Source: Gemmatimonadota bacterium (lineage in GTDB: Bacteria; Gemmatimonadota; Gemmatimonadetes; Palauibacterales; Palauibacteraceae). Taken from it: a stretch of 64,000 bases of DNA. The translations under genes and the position numbers were made by a program. The DNA lies in the NCBI GenBank assembly GCA_039588275.1, contig JBDHAC010000005.1, forward strand, positions 34,309 through 98,308, given 5' to 3'. Positions 48,890 through 58,118 of this stretch are shown here, piece after piece; within the stretch, counting starts at the first letter, position 1; every line of letters starts with the position of its first letter. The notes beneath the pieces are model-generated. The model did not search any database. It had not been told where the DNA came from and was given only the letters and a program-made list of their open reading frames with translations.

Positions 48890-50536
48890 TTGAGCGACGA
48901 CTTCCGGCTTCAGACACAGATGGGTGTGGGCGGCGCCAAGGCGGCGCTTGGCCGCTCCTCGTCCGGATCAGTGCCCACCGACGTGCTGCGGGAGGCGTCG
49001 CGTCGGTTGGGATGGGCGGCACTGGTCTATTCCGTCACGTACTTCCTCGCATTCTTCGGCGCGCACCTCGTCGCCCTTGGCAGCGGGATGGTTCCTCCAC
49101 TGTTCGATCGACCCCTGCACCTCGGTGTGGCAGTCATCTCGATCCTGCTCGGATTGGGCATGTTCTGGACATCCCGTCGCGGTCGGATGAAGCCGCAGCG
49201 GCTGCTGGACGTCGGTTTGGCCTTCGCGGTTGTCGGGGCGTTCGGGATCGCGTTCGCCGAGTTATGGGGAGTCTTCCCGGAGTGGCGACCGGATGAAGTG
49301 ATTGGCTCGTACGTCGGAGTTTCCTGGGTCGGGATCTGGATCCTGATATTCCCGATCCTCGCGCCCAACACTCCCTGGAGGATCCTCACCGCCTCACTCG
49401 CCGCCGCGTCGATGCCGCCGCTCGTCGTCCTTCTGTCGATGGCTGCCGGCGCGACGAGCTCGGAGACGCCGCTCTACTTCTTCGCCACCTATTTCCTGTT
49501 TACCACCTACCTGTGTGCCGGGATCGCCTACGTCGTAGCCCGGATCGTCCACCGGCTCGGCGTTCGAATCCGCGAGGCGCGTGAAGTCGGCAGTTACCGA
49601 CTGGTCGAGCGGCTCGGGGCCGGGGGCATGGGCGAGGTATGGCGAGGCGAGCACCGGATGCTGGTGCGGCCGGCGGCCGTGAAGCTGATTCGCGGAGAAG
49701 TGCTGGGCACCGACCCCGGCGCGCGGGACAGCGCGGTGAAGCGGTTCGAGCGGGAGGCCCAGGCGACCTCGTCGCTCCGATCGGTTCACACCGTGGAGCT
49801 GTACGACTTCGGGCTGACCGATCAGGGCGTCTTCTATTACGTGATGGAGCTCCTGGATGGCCTGAACCTGGAGCTGTTGGTGAAGCGCTTCGGACCCATC
49901 CCCCCGGGGCGCACGATTCACCTGCTGCGGCAGGTATGTCGTTCGCTCGGCGAGGCACACGAACGAGGCATGGTCCATCGAGACATCAAGCCCGCGAACA
50001 TCTTCACCTGCCGGCAGGGGCCCGACCACGATTTCGTCAAGGTGCTCGACTTCGGGCTCGTGAAGATGCACCCACGGGCCACGTCCTCCGCTGCTCCCGA
50101 GGAACTGGAGCTCACGGCCGAAGGCGGGTTCGCGGGCACGCCGGCGTTCATCGCGCCCGAGATCGCACTGGGAGAGGGACTGGTGGATGGACGCGCTGAT
50201 CTGTACGCGGTGGGTTGCGTCGCGTACTGGCTCCTCACCGGTACCCGCGTGTTCGAGGCCTCGACCCCCATGGGTCTGGTCGTGGAGCACCTCAAGACCC
50301 CCCCGGTCCGTCCCTCGAGACGGACCGAGCTCGAGATTCCGAGCGATCTCGAGGATGTCGTGCTGCAGTGTCTGGCCAAGGAGCCCGACGGCCGCCCGCG
50401 TGACGCATGGGCTCTCGAAGGAACACTCGCCGCCTGCGCTGCGGTCGGTGACTGGGGACCGGTCCAGGCGGAAAGGTGGTGGCGGCTACATGTACCCGAC
50501 GGGGAGCCGCCCGAGGCGACGCGCCCGGAGGCCTGA
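48890..50536 (+). CDS. Hanks-type Ser/Thr protein kinase with N-terminal multi-TM domain
   Basis: LGAGGMGEVW, AVKLI, HRDIKPAN, DFGLVK, GTPAFIAPE; about 6 TM before the kinase; TTG start after GAGGGA. Confidence 0.92.
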   Translation: MSDDFRLQTQMGVGGAKAALGRSSSGSVPTDVLREASRRLGWAALVYSVTYFLAFFGAHLVALGSGMVPPLFDRPLHLGVAVISILLGLGMFWTSRRGRMKPQRLLDVGLAFAVVGAFGIAFAELWGVFPEWRPDEVIGSYVGVSWVGIWILIFPILAPNTPWRILTASLAAASMPPLVVLLSMAAGATSSETPLYFFATYFLFTTYLCAGIAYVVARIVHRLGVRIREAREVGSYRLVERLGAGGMGEVWRGEHRMLVRPAAVKLIRGEVLGTDPGARDSAVKRFEREAQATSSLRSVHTVELYDFGLTDQGVFYYVMELLDGLNLELLVKRFGPIPPGRTIHLLRQVCRSLGEAHERGMVHRDIKPANIFTCRQGPDHDFVKVLDFGLVKMHPRATSSAAPEELELTAEGGFAGTPAFIAPEIALGEGLVDGRADLYAVGCVAYWLLTGTRVFEASTPMGLVVEHLKTPPVRPSRRTELEIPSDLEDVVLQCLAKEPDGRPRDAWALEGTLAACAAVGDWGPVQAERWWRLHVPDGEPPEATRPEA

Positions 50537-50590
50537 CGCGCCCGGAGGCCTGACGCGCCCCAGACCTGAGGCGCCCCAGACCTGACGCGG
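50518..50590. repeat. 16-17-bp tandem repeat, about 4.5 copies, starting in the kinase 3' end
   Basis: GACGCGCCCGGAGGCCT x2, GACGCGCCCCAGACCT, GAGGCGCCCCAGACCT, GACGCGG. Confidence 0.9.
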
Positions 50591-50610
50591 CCGGGCGGAC
50601 GGCGCGCTCG

Positions 50611-51033
50611 CTACTCCCCGATGATCGTCACCGCGACGCGGCGGTGGCGCGCTCGCGTGTCGAAGTCGAGCAGGACCACTTGTTGCCACGTCCCCAACGG
50701 AATCGCGCCCCCCACGATCGGCAGCGTGAGTGCGGGACCCACCAGCGTGGCGCGCACATGGCTATGCCCGTTGTCGTCGTGCCACGTCTCCTCGTGCTCG
50801 TACCGGCCATCGCGTGGAGCGATCTTCTCGAGCGCCGCGGCGATGTCGTGGTGCACGAGGCCCGGCTCGAACTCGAGCGTCGACAGAGCACCGGTCGAGC
50901 CTGTGACCATCGCCGTGAGCTGGCCGGTCCCGACGCCGCTATCCCGCACCAGGTTCTGCATCTCTGCGGTGAGATCGAGGATGTGATCGTTACCCGCCGT
51001 CTCGCGCTCGATCGTGTGATTCTGACAAACCAT
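50611..51033 (-). CDS. yjbQ: YjbQ (UPF0047) secondary thiamine-phosphate synthase family
   Basis: GSTGA...EPGL, YEH, DNGHSHVRA, LGTWQQ. Confidence 0.92.
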   Translation of the reverse strand: MVCQNHTIERETAGNDHILDLTAEMQNLVRDSGVGTGQLTAMVTGSTGALSTLEFEPGLVHHDIAAALEKIAPRDGRYEHEETWHDDNGHSHVRATLVGPALTLPIVGGAIPLGTWQQVVLLDFDTRARHRRVAVTIIGE

Positions 51034-51205
51034 GGCTGGCTCCAGAGGCTCAGACCGTTCCCGGTTCGTCTTCCCGGGACTCCCCTCACATAATGCCGGC
51101 CCGTCCGACAGGAAACCTTTTCCGCGCCCGACACGTCCAAGACAAGGTGAACGTGTGGTCCAGCCGACTCACTGAGACTCCGCGGGCCGTGAGGCGACGA
51201 CTTCC

Positions 51206-53614
51206 GTGAGACGCACGCTCCGCTTCATCCGCAGGCAGCTGTACGGCCGGAGGCTCGTCCTCAATTTGGCCGTAACCGCCACCCTCGTAGCCTTTTACGC
51301 CCTCTTCGAGGGTTGGGTCGCCGTCAGCTTCGAGGCCGCGACGGCGAATCTCCCTACGCGGATCTACGCGCGACCCCTGATCCTGCAGACCGGAGAGCGT
51401 CCGGATCGCGAACGGGTAGACGCGCACCTGCGGCAGACCGGATATCGACCCGTTCGCCGACAGGTAGGCCCCGGCGAGTATCGGTTGGATCGGAGCGAGT
51501 GGCGCATCGGACGGCACCCCATGCGGATCGTCGGCGTGCTGGATCCCGGTGGCGTGGTGCGGGTGCGGCTCGATCGGCGGGGTCGGATCCGGACGATTCG
51601 CAACGCCGAGGGGAGCGAGCTCCCCGGCGTCGTGCTCGAGCCCGAGCTGATCGGTACGCTGTGGGGCGAGGCCCGTCGGGACCGCGTCCCGGTCGCCCTC
51701 GACGAGATTCCGGACCACCTGGAACAGGCGATACTAACCGTCGAGGACCGGCGGTTCTTCGATCATGGCGGCATCGACGTCCGCCGTATCGGAGGAGCGA
51801 TGCTCGCCAACATCCGGGCCGGACGAGTCACGCAGGGCGGGAGTACGCTAACACAGCAGCTCGCGCGAACGCTCTTCCTCTCGCCCGACCGAACCCTCTT
51901 CCGAAAGCTGCGGGAGACGGCGATCGCGTTCGCGCTGGAACGCCGATTCTCGAAGGAGCGGCTGCTGGAGGAGTATCTCAACCACATCTACCTGGGGCAG
52001 AACGGTGCGGCCGCGATCCACGGCGTGGGTCGGGCGGCGCAGTTCTACTTCGGTCGCGATGTGAGCGATCTATCGGTCGGAGAATCCGCTCTCCTCGCCG
52101 GGGTGATTCGGGGCCCCAGCCTGTACGCCCCGTTCAGGAATCCGACCAGCGCGAAGGCCCGCCGAGACCTCGTGCTCGCGATGATGCACGAGCGCGGCGA
52201 GATCGACGAGCGGGCGCTCGAACGCGCGACGAGTCGGCCGCTGGGGCTCCGCGACCGCCGCTCGGCCCAGGCCGCTCCCAGATACTACCTGGACTACCTC
52301 GCGACGGAGCTCCGAGAGTCCTTCACGGATAAGCAGCTGGAGTCGGGCGGCCTGGCCGTCATCGCCTCGCTCGAACCATCGGTCCAGCGCGCGGCCGAGG
52401 ACGCCGTACGACGTGGTCTGGAAGGTCTCGAACGACAATTCGCGCACCTGAGACGAGATGGTCAGCCGCTCCAGGCGGCCCTGGTGGCGCTGGACCCGTC
52501 GAGCGGTGAGGTCCTGGCCATGGTAGGGGGGCGATCGTACGGCTCGTCCCAGTTCAACCGCGCTTCGCTCGCGCGGCGACAGCCCGGCAGCGTCTTCAAG
52601 CCGGTCGTAGCGCTGGCGGCGCTCGCGCGGGCGACCGAGCGTCGCGATCCGTTCACGCTGGCGTCCACGCTCGATGACACCCCCCTGTCGGTCGAGACGC
52701 GCCAGGGCGTGTGGACCCCGTCCAACTACGACGGAGAGTTCTACGGCGATCTGAGCCTGCGCGAGGCCCTCGAGGGATCGCGGAACGTTCCCTTCGCGCG
52801 CCTCGGCCTGCGGATCGGCCCCGAACGTATCGTCGAGACGGCACGTGCACTGGGCATCAAGAGCCATCTGGCGGCGGTGCCAAGCCTGGCACTGGGCGCC
52901 TCGGAGGTCTCCCTGCTAGAGATGACGGGTGCGTACGGGGTACTGGCGGCCGAGGGGATCAGGATCGCGCCCCACGCGGTGCGAGCCGTACTCGATTCCG
53001 AAGGGGACCGGCTCGAGGACCCGGAAGCGACGGCCCCCGAGCGCAGGTTCACGGCGGCCGAGACATACCTCGTCACGTCGGCGCTTCTGGGCGCCGTCGA
53101 GCACGGCACCGGGCGGGGCGTTCGGGCGTACGGGTACGACGGACCCGTCGCCGCCAAGTCGGGCACCACGAACGGGTATCGGGACGCCTGGTTCGTTGGG
53201 TACACACCCGAGCTGACGGTGGGTGTTTGGGTCGGCTTCGATGACGGCGGCCGAATCGGGCTGCCAGGCTCACGCGCGGCGCTCCCGATCTTCGCCCAGT
53301 TTCTCCGTACCGTGCTGGGGCCGGAGGGAGGCGACGATTTTCGGGTCCCGAACGGCGTCGAGCTGGTGAACGTGGATCCGGTCACCGGCCTCCGCGCGGG
53401 GTGGGGCTGTTACGGTGAGCCCGAGTTCTTCCTCGCCGGAACCGTGCCCGAAGAGGGCTGCAGCGATGGCTGGGAGGCGCGGCGCTGGTGGGAGCGGGAA
53501 GTTCGAGTGGAGGCAGATCGCCTGGGTCGTGACGCGGCGCGTTGGCTGCAATCACGGCTGAGAGAGCTCGAGCGCCAGGGAGTGCGGATCCTGCGCCGCG
53601 GCAACAACCGCTGA
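51206..53614 (+). CDS. mrcB: Class A penicillin-binding protein 1B (UB2H, transglycosylase, transpeptidase)
   Basis: IYARP and UB2H-like region; EDRRF..H.G, GGSTLTQQL, RKLRE; SVFK, SRN, KSGT. Confidence 0.9.
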   Translation: MRRTLRFIRRQLYGRRLVLNLAVTATLVAFYALFEGWVAVSFEAATANLPTRIYARPLILQTGERPDRERVDAHLRQTGYRPVRRQVGPGEYRLDRSEWRIGRHPMRIVGVLDPGGVVRVRLDRRGRIRTIRNAEGSELPGVVLEPELIGTLWGEARRDRVPVALDEIPDHLEQAILTVEDRRFFDHGGIDVRRIGGAMLANIRAGRVTQGGSTLTQQLARTLFLSPDRTLFRKLRETAIAFALERRFSKERLLEEYLNHIYLGQNGAAAIHGVGRAAQFYFGRDVSDLSVGESALLAGVIRGPSLYAPFRNPTSAKARRDLVLAMMHERGEIDERALERATSRPLGLRDRRSAQAAPRYYLDYLATELRESFTDKQLESGGLAVIASLEPSVQRAAEDAVRRGLEGLERQFAHLRRDGQPLQAALVALDPSSGEVLAMVGGRSYGSSQFNRASLARRQPGSVFKPVVALAALARATERRDPFTLASTLDDTPLSVETRQGVWTPSNYDGEFYGDLSLREALEGSRNVPFARLGLRIGPERIVETARALGIKSHLAAVPSLALGASEVSLLEMTGAYGVLAAEGIRIAPHAVRAVLDSEGDRLEDPEATAPERRFTAAETYLVTSALLGAVEHGTGRGVRAYGYDGPVAAKSGTTNGYRDAWFVGYTPELTVGVWVGFDDGGRIGLPGSRAALPIFAQFLRTVLGPEGGDDFRVPNGVELVNVDPVTGLRAGWGCYGEPEFFLAGTVPEEGCSDGWEARRWWEREVRVEADRLGRDAARWLQSRLRELERQGVRILRRGNNR

Positions 53615-53865
53615 GGGCTTTCGACCGCGGAATCTTCACACGCCCGGCACGTGTCCTCGCCGCCGGGACCGTGCCCCATCCTGATCGGAGGCCTTCCCCG
53701 ATGCGACCGTTTGCCGCATTGGGGATCCCTTCGGCCTCGCGGAGGTGCGTTTCGTCGCTACGGTTTTCTCCTTCGGCCCTCGGCCGGGTATGCTTGGGCC
53801 GCGAGCGACGCGCTCGCGGTGATCGGAGTGATCGGAAGAACGCGGATGATTCAAGGAGCCCTTTC

Positions 53866-54420
53866 ATGAGACCGTTTTCCTTCGGACGAACCGTGACGGT
53901 GATCCCCTTGGCCCTGGCCCTCACACTGGTCTGGTGGCCCGCAGACCCGGGCTCCGCCTCCCCCGCGAGCATGACCGCCCAGGAGACACCGTGCGCAGGC
54001 GATGAGTCCCGCCAGTTCGACTTCTGGATTGGCGAGTGGGACGTGACCGCCGGCGAGCGCTCCGCGGGTCGCAACCGGATCACGTCCATCCTCGGCTGGT
54101 GCGCCCTGCTCGAAGAGTACACGGCGACAAGCGGCGGGTACGAAGGCAAGAGCTTCAACATCTACGACCGTACCGCCGGTGAGTGGCACCAGAGCTGGGT
54201 CGACAACCAGGGGTTGCTGCTTCAGCTCCGAGGCGGTCTCGAGGACGGCCGTATGGTGCTGAGCGGAGAGCGGAAAGGCCAGGACGGACAGCCGGTCATC
54301 GACCGAATCACGTGGAGCCCGAGCGGGGACCGCACCGTGCAGCAGACGTGGGAGGTCTCACGGGATGGCGGAGAGACCTGGAACGCGGTCTTCGACGGCA
54401 CGTACGCCCGTGCGAGCTGA
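53866..54420 (+). CDS. Exported hypothetical protein (DUF1579-like beta barrel)
   Basis: AAGGAG RBS; signal peptide; QFDFWIGEWDV, W.QSWVDN.G, WE.S.DGG.TW. Confidence 0.78.
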   Translation: MRPFSFGRTVTVIPLALALTLVWWPADPGSASPASMTAQETPCAGDESRQFDFWIGEWDVTAGERSAGRNRITSILGWCALLEEYTATSGGYEGKSFNIYDRTAGEWHQSWVDNQGLLLQLRGGLEDGRMVLSGERKGQDGQPVIDRITWSPSGDRTVQQTWEVSRDGGETWNAVFDGTYARAS

Positions 54421-54767
54421 CGACCGGACCGCCGCGTCGGACGGCGACGCCGGTCCCGATCGCGAGCCTGACCCCGGTTGCGAGGTTCCGGCGTCGCTCA
54501 CGAGCCACAAAGCGTACGGCGATGTGGATGTGGAGCCACACGCCGCGTCGAGAATCGGGCCGGCGGCCAACGCCGCCGCCACTCGTCTGGCGGCGTAACC
54601 TAAGTAGTAGTATTCGATTATGGGGCCAACCGGCGGACTGACCGACCGCCCCCGCCGCCGGCACCGGACCAGCATCCGTCCCCCCCAAACACGCCTCGAG
54701 GTGTCGAGACCAGGCCGGCGCGCCGATCACTAGGCGCCGCCGGGCGAGGTGGGGGAGGAGGATGACG

Positions 54768-54947
54768 ATGCGTCGGTTCCTAAACACGCTTTGGCGGAAC
54801 ACCGCAGGGCAGGATGTGACCGAATACGTGCTGCTCCTGGTGCTCATCGCCCTGGCGATCTCGGGCGGAATGGTGCTGGTGTCGAATGGGATCAACAATG
54901 GCTTCGATGACGCGGCCGGGACGCTCGACGGGCAGATAGGCGCCTAG
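54768..54947 (+). CDS. Flp family type IVb pilin
   Basis: G|QDVTEY cleavage/Flp motif followed by hydrophobic helix; GGAGGAGG RBS (alternative ATG 54762). Confidence 0.9.
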   Translation: MRRFLNTLWRNTAGQDVTEYVLLLVLIALAISGGMVLVSNGINNGFDDAAGTLDGQIGA

Positions 54948-55372
54948 CTCCGACGGCTGCCGGAGCTGCCAGCGCGGCCACCTGCCAGTCCATAACGGGT
55001 TGTCACCGCGACACTTGCGGCGACAGCCCGTTCTCCTTTGAGGCCAGGACGGCCAGTAACGTGCCCACCGGCGTCGATCCGACACCTCGACCGTCGCCGA
55101 GTCGCTCTCGGCCGCCGAGACCACACTAGGAGGATCCGGTCAACAGGTGGAGCGAGGAATCGTTGTGCGCGCCCCACACATCTCGCGAGTCGACATCGGG
55201 CGACACCAGCATAGACCGACGCGCAACGTCCTTGTTGACACGGCATTACGCATTCTGGCACAGCGGGGGCCGAAGTGGTCGGACGAAGGTACGGATCCTT
55301 CATACCCACCACCTCGCCTGCAAACCGCTCGAGCAGCTCAGGTGTTCACAAGTCGATCGACGGAGGGTGAAA

Positions 55373-55555
55373 ATGCAGCAGTTTCTGCGCAACCTTTGGA
55401 GCGACGAGTCTGGTCAGGACGCTACGGAGTACGTCCTGCTCGTCGTGCTGATCGCCCTGGCAATCACGGCCGGAATGACCGTGCTTGCCACGGGGATCAA
55501 TGGCGCGTTCAGCAACGCCAGTAGCACGCTGAACACCACGACTGGTGGTTCCTGA
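55373..55555 (+). CDS. Flp family type IVb pilin
   Basis: DESG|QDATEY motif plus hydrophobic helix; GGAGG RBS. Confidence 0.92.
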   Translation: MQQFLRNLWSDESGQDATEYVLLVVLIALAITAGMTVLATGINGAFSNASSTLNTTTGGS

Positions 55556-55604
55556 CCCCAGTCGAGGGCCATAACTTCGCCGCGTAGCGAAGTAACTCCT
55601 CGCG

Positions 55605-55640
55605 AAGGGGTGCAGCCTTCTTGGCTGCACCCCTTTCTCT
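55605..55640 (+). terminator. Intrinsic terminator (probably bidirectional)
   Basis: Perfect 13-bp stem AAGGGGTGCAGCC/GGCTGCACCCCTT, loop TTCTT, pyrimidine tail; lies between convergent genes. Confidence 0.85.
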
Positions 55641-55683
55641 CATCCGAAGCTGGCGCGATCCCCGTCTGCCGCCGGCCAGTCGG

Positions 55684-56181
55684 CTACGGTACGGACGTGT
55701 AATGCCCGTGGATGCAGAGCCAACGATCTCCTTCCCGCACGAATATTCGCGTCGACTTCCCGCGGCTCGTCATTCGCTCACCGTCCACCCAGCCCGAGTC
55801 GGTCCAGTAATAGACGATCCACGCCACATCGCCTCGGATGGTAACCTCGGGTTGGTGCATCTCGGTATGCACGGCCCGCGCGCGCTGCAGATAGTCCGCG
55901 ATCCCCCGCAGCTCCAACTCCTTCCCCCGGGCCAGGTACACGTCGCTCTCGCCGAAGGCCATGAAATCCGGGTGGATGTAGCTCACGTACCGGTCGAGGT
56001 CGCCGCTTTCGATCGCGTCCCACATCGCGATCAGGGTCTCCCTCACCTCCCGAGCCGCGTTGACATCGGTCGGCGACTGCGCGAGCCCCGTGCGGGGTAC
56101 CAGCAGTGCGAGCACGAAGAGGGTGAGATGCCGCAAAAAGAACAGGGGCAGGTGCCGCGAGGGGTTCGATAGTGAGCGCAT
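55684..56181 (-). CDS. Exported NTF2-like (DUF4440/SnoaL-like) protein
   Basis: Signal peptide; GDLD, GDVAW, STRIFVR...WLCIHGHY. Confidence 0.85.
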   Translation of the reverse strand: MRSLSNPSRHLPLFFLRHLTLFVLALLVPRTGLAQSPTDVNAAREVRETLIAMWDAIESGDLDRYVSYIHPDFMAFGESDVYLARGKELELRGIADYLQRARAVHTEMHQPEVTIRGDVAWIVYYWTDSGWVDGERMTSRGKSTRIFVREGDRWLCIHGHYTSVP

Positions 56182-56329
56182 CGGTAATCACCTCCAGATC
56201 CCAAAAGGCTGTCCGCGCCCGCATCCTTGCGGCCCCTCGAGCCGATGTCCAGCTTCCCACGGCGGCCGGCTGTCCCGTCGTGGACCGCCGTCTCACTACA
56301 GTCTCAGGCGCTTACACGCGGACGGAGCC

Positions 56330-56929
56330 ATGAACGATACGACCTCACCGACAGATGATGTCTATTCGATGGACGAGTTCGAGCAGGACCTGAAAAAAGC
56401 CAAGGGAGGGCGGCGCACGCTCTGGTTCCTGGCCGGTCTTCTCATCGGAATCGCGGGGACCCTGGTGCTGCCGCCGCTCCTGCGGCCCTATCTGCCCGAC
56501 TCGCTGCGAGGATCACAGGAACTGGCCATCGGTCCGGTCCTCGCCGAGCAACGCGAGGGTGACCGGCTGCTGCTGACGGTGCAGGCGGAGCAGGGGGCCA
56601 TGCTCGCGACGTTCACCGAGCGTGTCCCGGAAATCGACCTGTTGGTGGGCGTTGGCGACACCGTGACGCTCGGGGTGCCACGCTACCAACCGTTCGTGGA
56701 GAACCCGAGCTTCGAAGGCGTGAAGAAGGCGGACTCGACCAGCGAGGGGCCGAGCACCGACCAGGCTGGCGCGGACGAATCCGGATCTGATGACGCTACA
56801 CAGGAAGGAGCGGTGTCTGAATCCGGGTCCGATGAACCCGGGCGAGATGAAACCCCCGGCCCGATCGAGCCCGACTCCGCCGAGGCGAGCGCCGCGGCGG
56901 AAGGGGACTCCGGGGCGGAAGGAAGCTGA
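56330..56929 (+). CDS. Hypothetical single-TM protein with acidic low-complexity tail
   Basis: GGAG RBS; TM LWFLAGLLIGIAGTLVL; D/E/S/G-rich C-terminus. Confidence 0.75.
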   Translation: MNDTTSPTDDVYSMDEFEQDLKKAKGGRRTLWFLAGLLIGIAGTLVLPPLLRPYLPDSLRGSQELAIGPVLAEQREGDRLLLTVQAEQGAMLATFTERVPEIDLLVGVGDTVTLGVPRYQPFVENPSFEGVKKADSTSEGPSTDQAGADESGSDDATQEGAVSESGSDEPGRDETPGPIEPDSAEASAAAEGDSGAEGS

Positions 56930-56982
56930 AGGAGCGCTTCGCCGCTCCCGCCCCGGGTGCCCAAATCTGCTCAGGGCCGCGT

Positions 56983-57507
56983 CTAGCGGCTCTCGTATAC
57001 CTCCGTCGCGCCTGACTCGTCGAATGTGAAGATGTCGTACGGATCGACCCGATCACCCATCTCCATACCGGGTGATCCGATCGGCATCCCGGGCACGGCC
57101 AGCCCAACCACCGCGGGTCGCTCCTCCAGAAGCCGAGTCACGACATCCCCGGGAACGTGCCCCTCGATCACGTAGCCGTCGACGGTCGCCGTATGGCACG
57201 ACTCCAGATGCCCAGGAACCCCATGCTCCGCCTTGACGGCCGACAGCTGGTCCGTCTCTTCCACTTCTACGTTGAACCCCATCGCTCGTAGGTGCACCAC
57301 CCACTGATTGCAGCAACCTCAGTCGGGGGCCTTGTACACCCGGATGGTGGCGTTCGCGAGCTGCACGCTGCCTTCTTGCAGCACCGGCGCGGGCGCTGCC
57401 CCCTCTTCCGCCGCTTGGGAGCCGTCCGCACCGCCGCACGCGGCGAGTGCCCCTCCGAGCAGCAGAGTCATCGGGACGGATCGTCGGTTTGACACGTTTC
57501 CTCCCAT
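56983..57507 (-). CDS. DUF411/CopG-type metal-binding lipoprotein, candidate selenoprotein (in-frame TGA at 57321-57319)
   Basis: AAGGAG RBS; lipobox LAAC; VYKAPD-TGA-GCCNQW..HL continues in frame to SCHTA, IEGHVP, GLAVPGMP.GSPGME. Confidence 0.85.
57281..57318 (-). promoter_or_regulatory. Putative bacterial SECIS hairpin
   Basis: After UGA: lower stem GUUGCU/AGCGAU, upper stem GUGGGUG/CACCUAC, apical loop GUG starting 22 nt after UGA. Confidence 0.6.
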
Positions 57508-57748
57508 GCTTTCTCCTTGATGTGGGGCGGGCTCTGGCGCGACCCGAGCCCCCCCCACCGGATTCGAGAACGGCCCAAAATAAGACATGGCCAGCGTGTA
57601 TGGTACCGAAGGGTCTGATCTGGTGTAGGGAGGCTCCGAGCCGAACCAGGCATCCAAGCGTGAAACACGGTTCTCAGGAGCCGGGCTTTGGACGCGGTAT
57701 CCGAGCGGATCGCGCGCTCCAAGCGGCCGTCGAGCAGGGAGGCGCCGA

Positions 57749-58114
57749 GTGGAATTGGAGATCAAGCGTTTCGAGTCCGCCGACGAAACGCGGACCTTCG
57801 AGGCCGGAAGCTTCGATTTGATCACCCTGGGCGGAATGACGCTCGGGCGGGCCACGTATCAGCCAGGGTGGAGGTGGTCCGAGCACGTCGGACGGACGAT
57901 CGGTGAGAGCAGCTGTCAGGTCGAGCACATCGGCATCGTCGTTGCCGGCCGCGCGATGGTAGCGATGGATGACGGAACCGAGATAGAGCTCCGAGCCGGC
58001 GATGCGTTCGCGATCCCGCCGGGCCACGATAGCTGGGTCGTCGGGGATGAGCCCTACACCTCGCTTCATCTGTTGGGCGCCGAATCGTACGCCCGAACCG
58101 AAGGAGCCGACTGA
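57749..58114 (+). CDS. Cupin domain protein
   Basis: QPGWRWSEH, CQVEH, GD.F.IPPGHDSWVVGDEP; GGGAGG RBS. Confidence 0.9.
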   Translation: MELEIKRFESADETRTFEAGSFDLITLGGMTLGRATYQPGWRWSEHVGRTIGESSCQVEHIGIVVAGRAMVAMDDGTEIELRAGDAFAIPPGHDSWVVGDEPYTSLHLLGAESYARTEGAD

Positions 58115-58118
58115 CCCG

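Noticed and set aside
55235..55265. Sigma70 or sigma54 promoter for pilin 2 (TTGACA; TGGCAC)
   Set aside because: No properly spaced -10 hexamer or -12 TTGC element
55300..55372. c-di-GMP riboswitch before the pilin gene
   Set aside because: GCAAACC is present but the GNRA-capped stem and GACGCAAAGC core are absent
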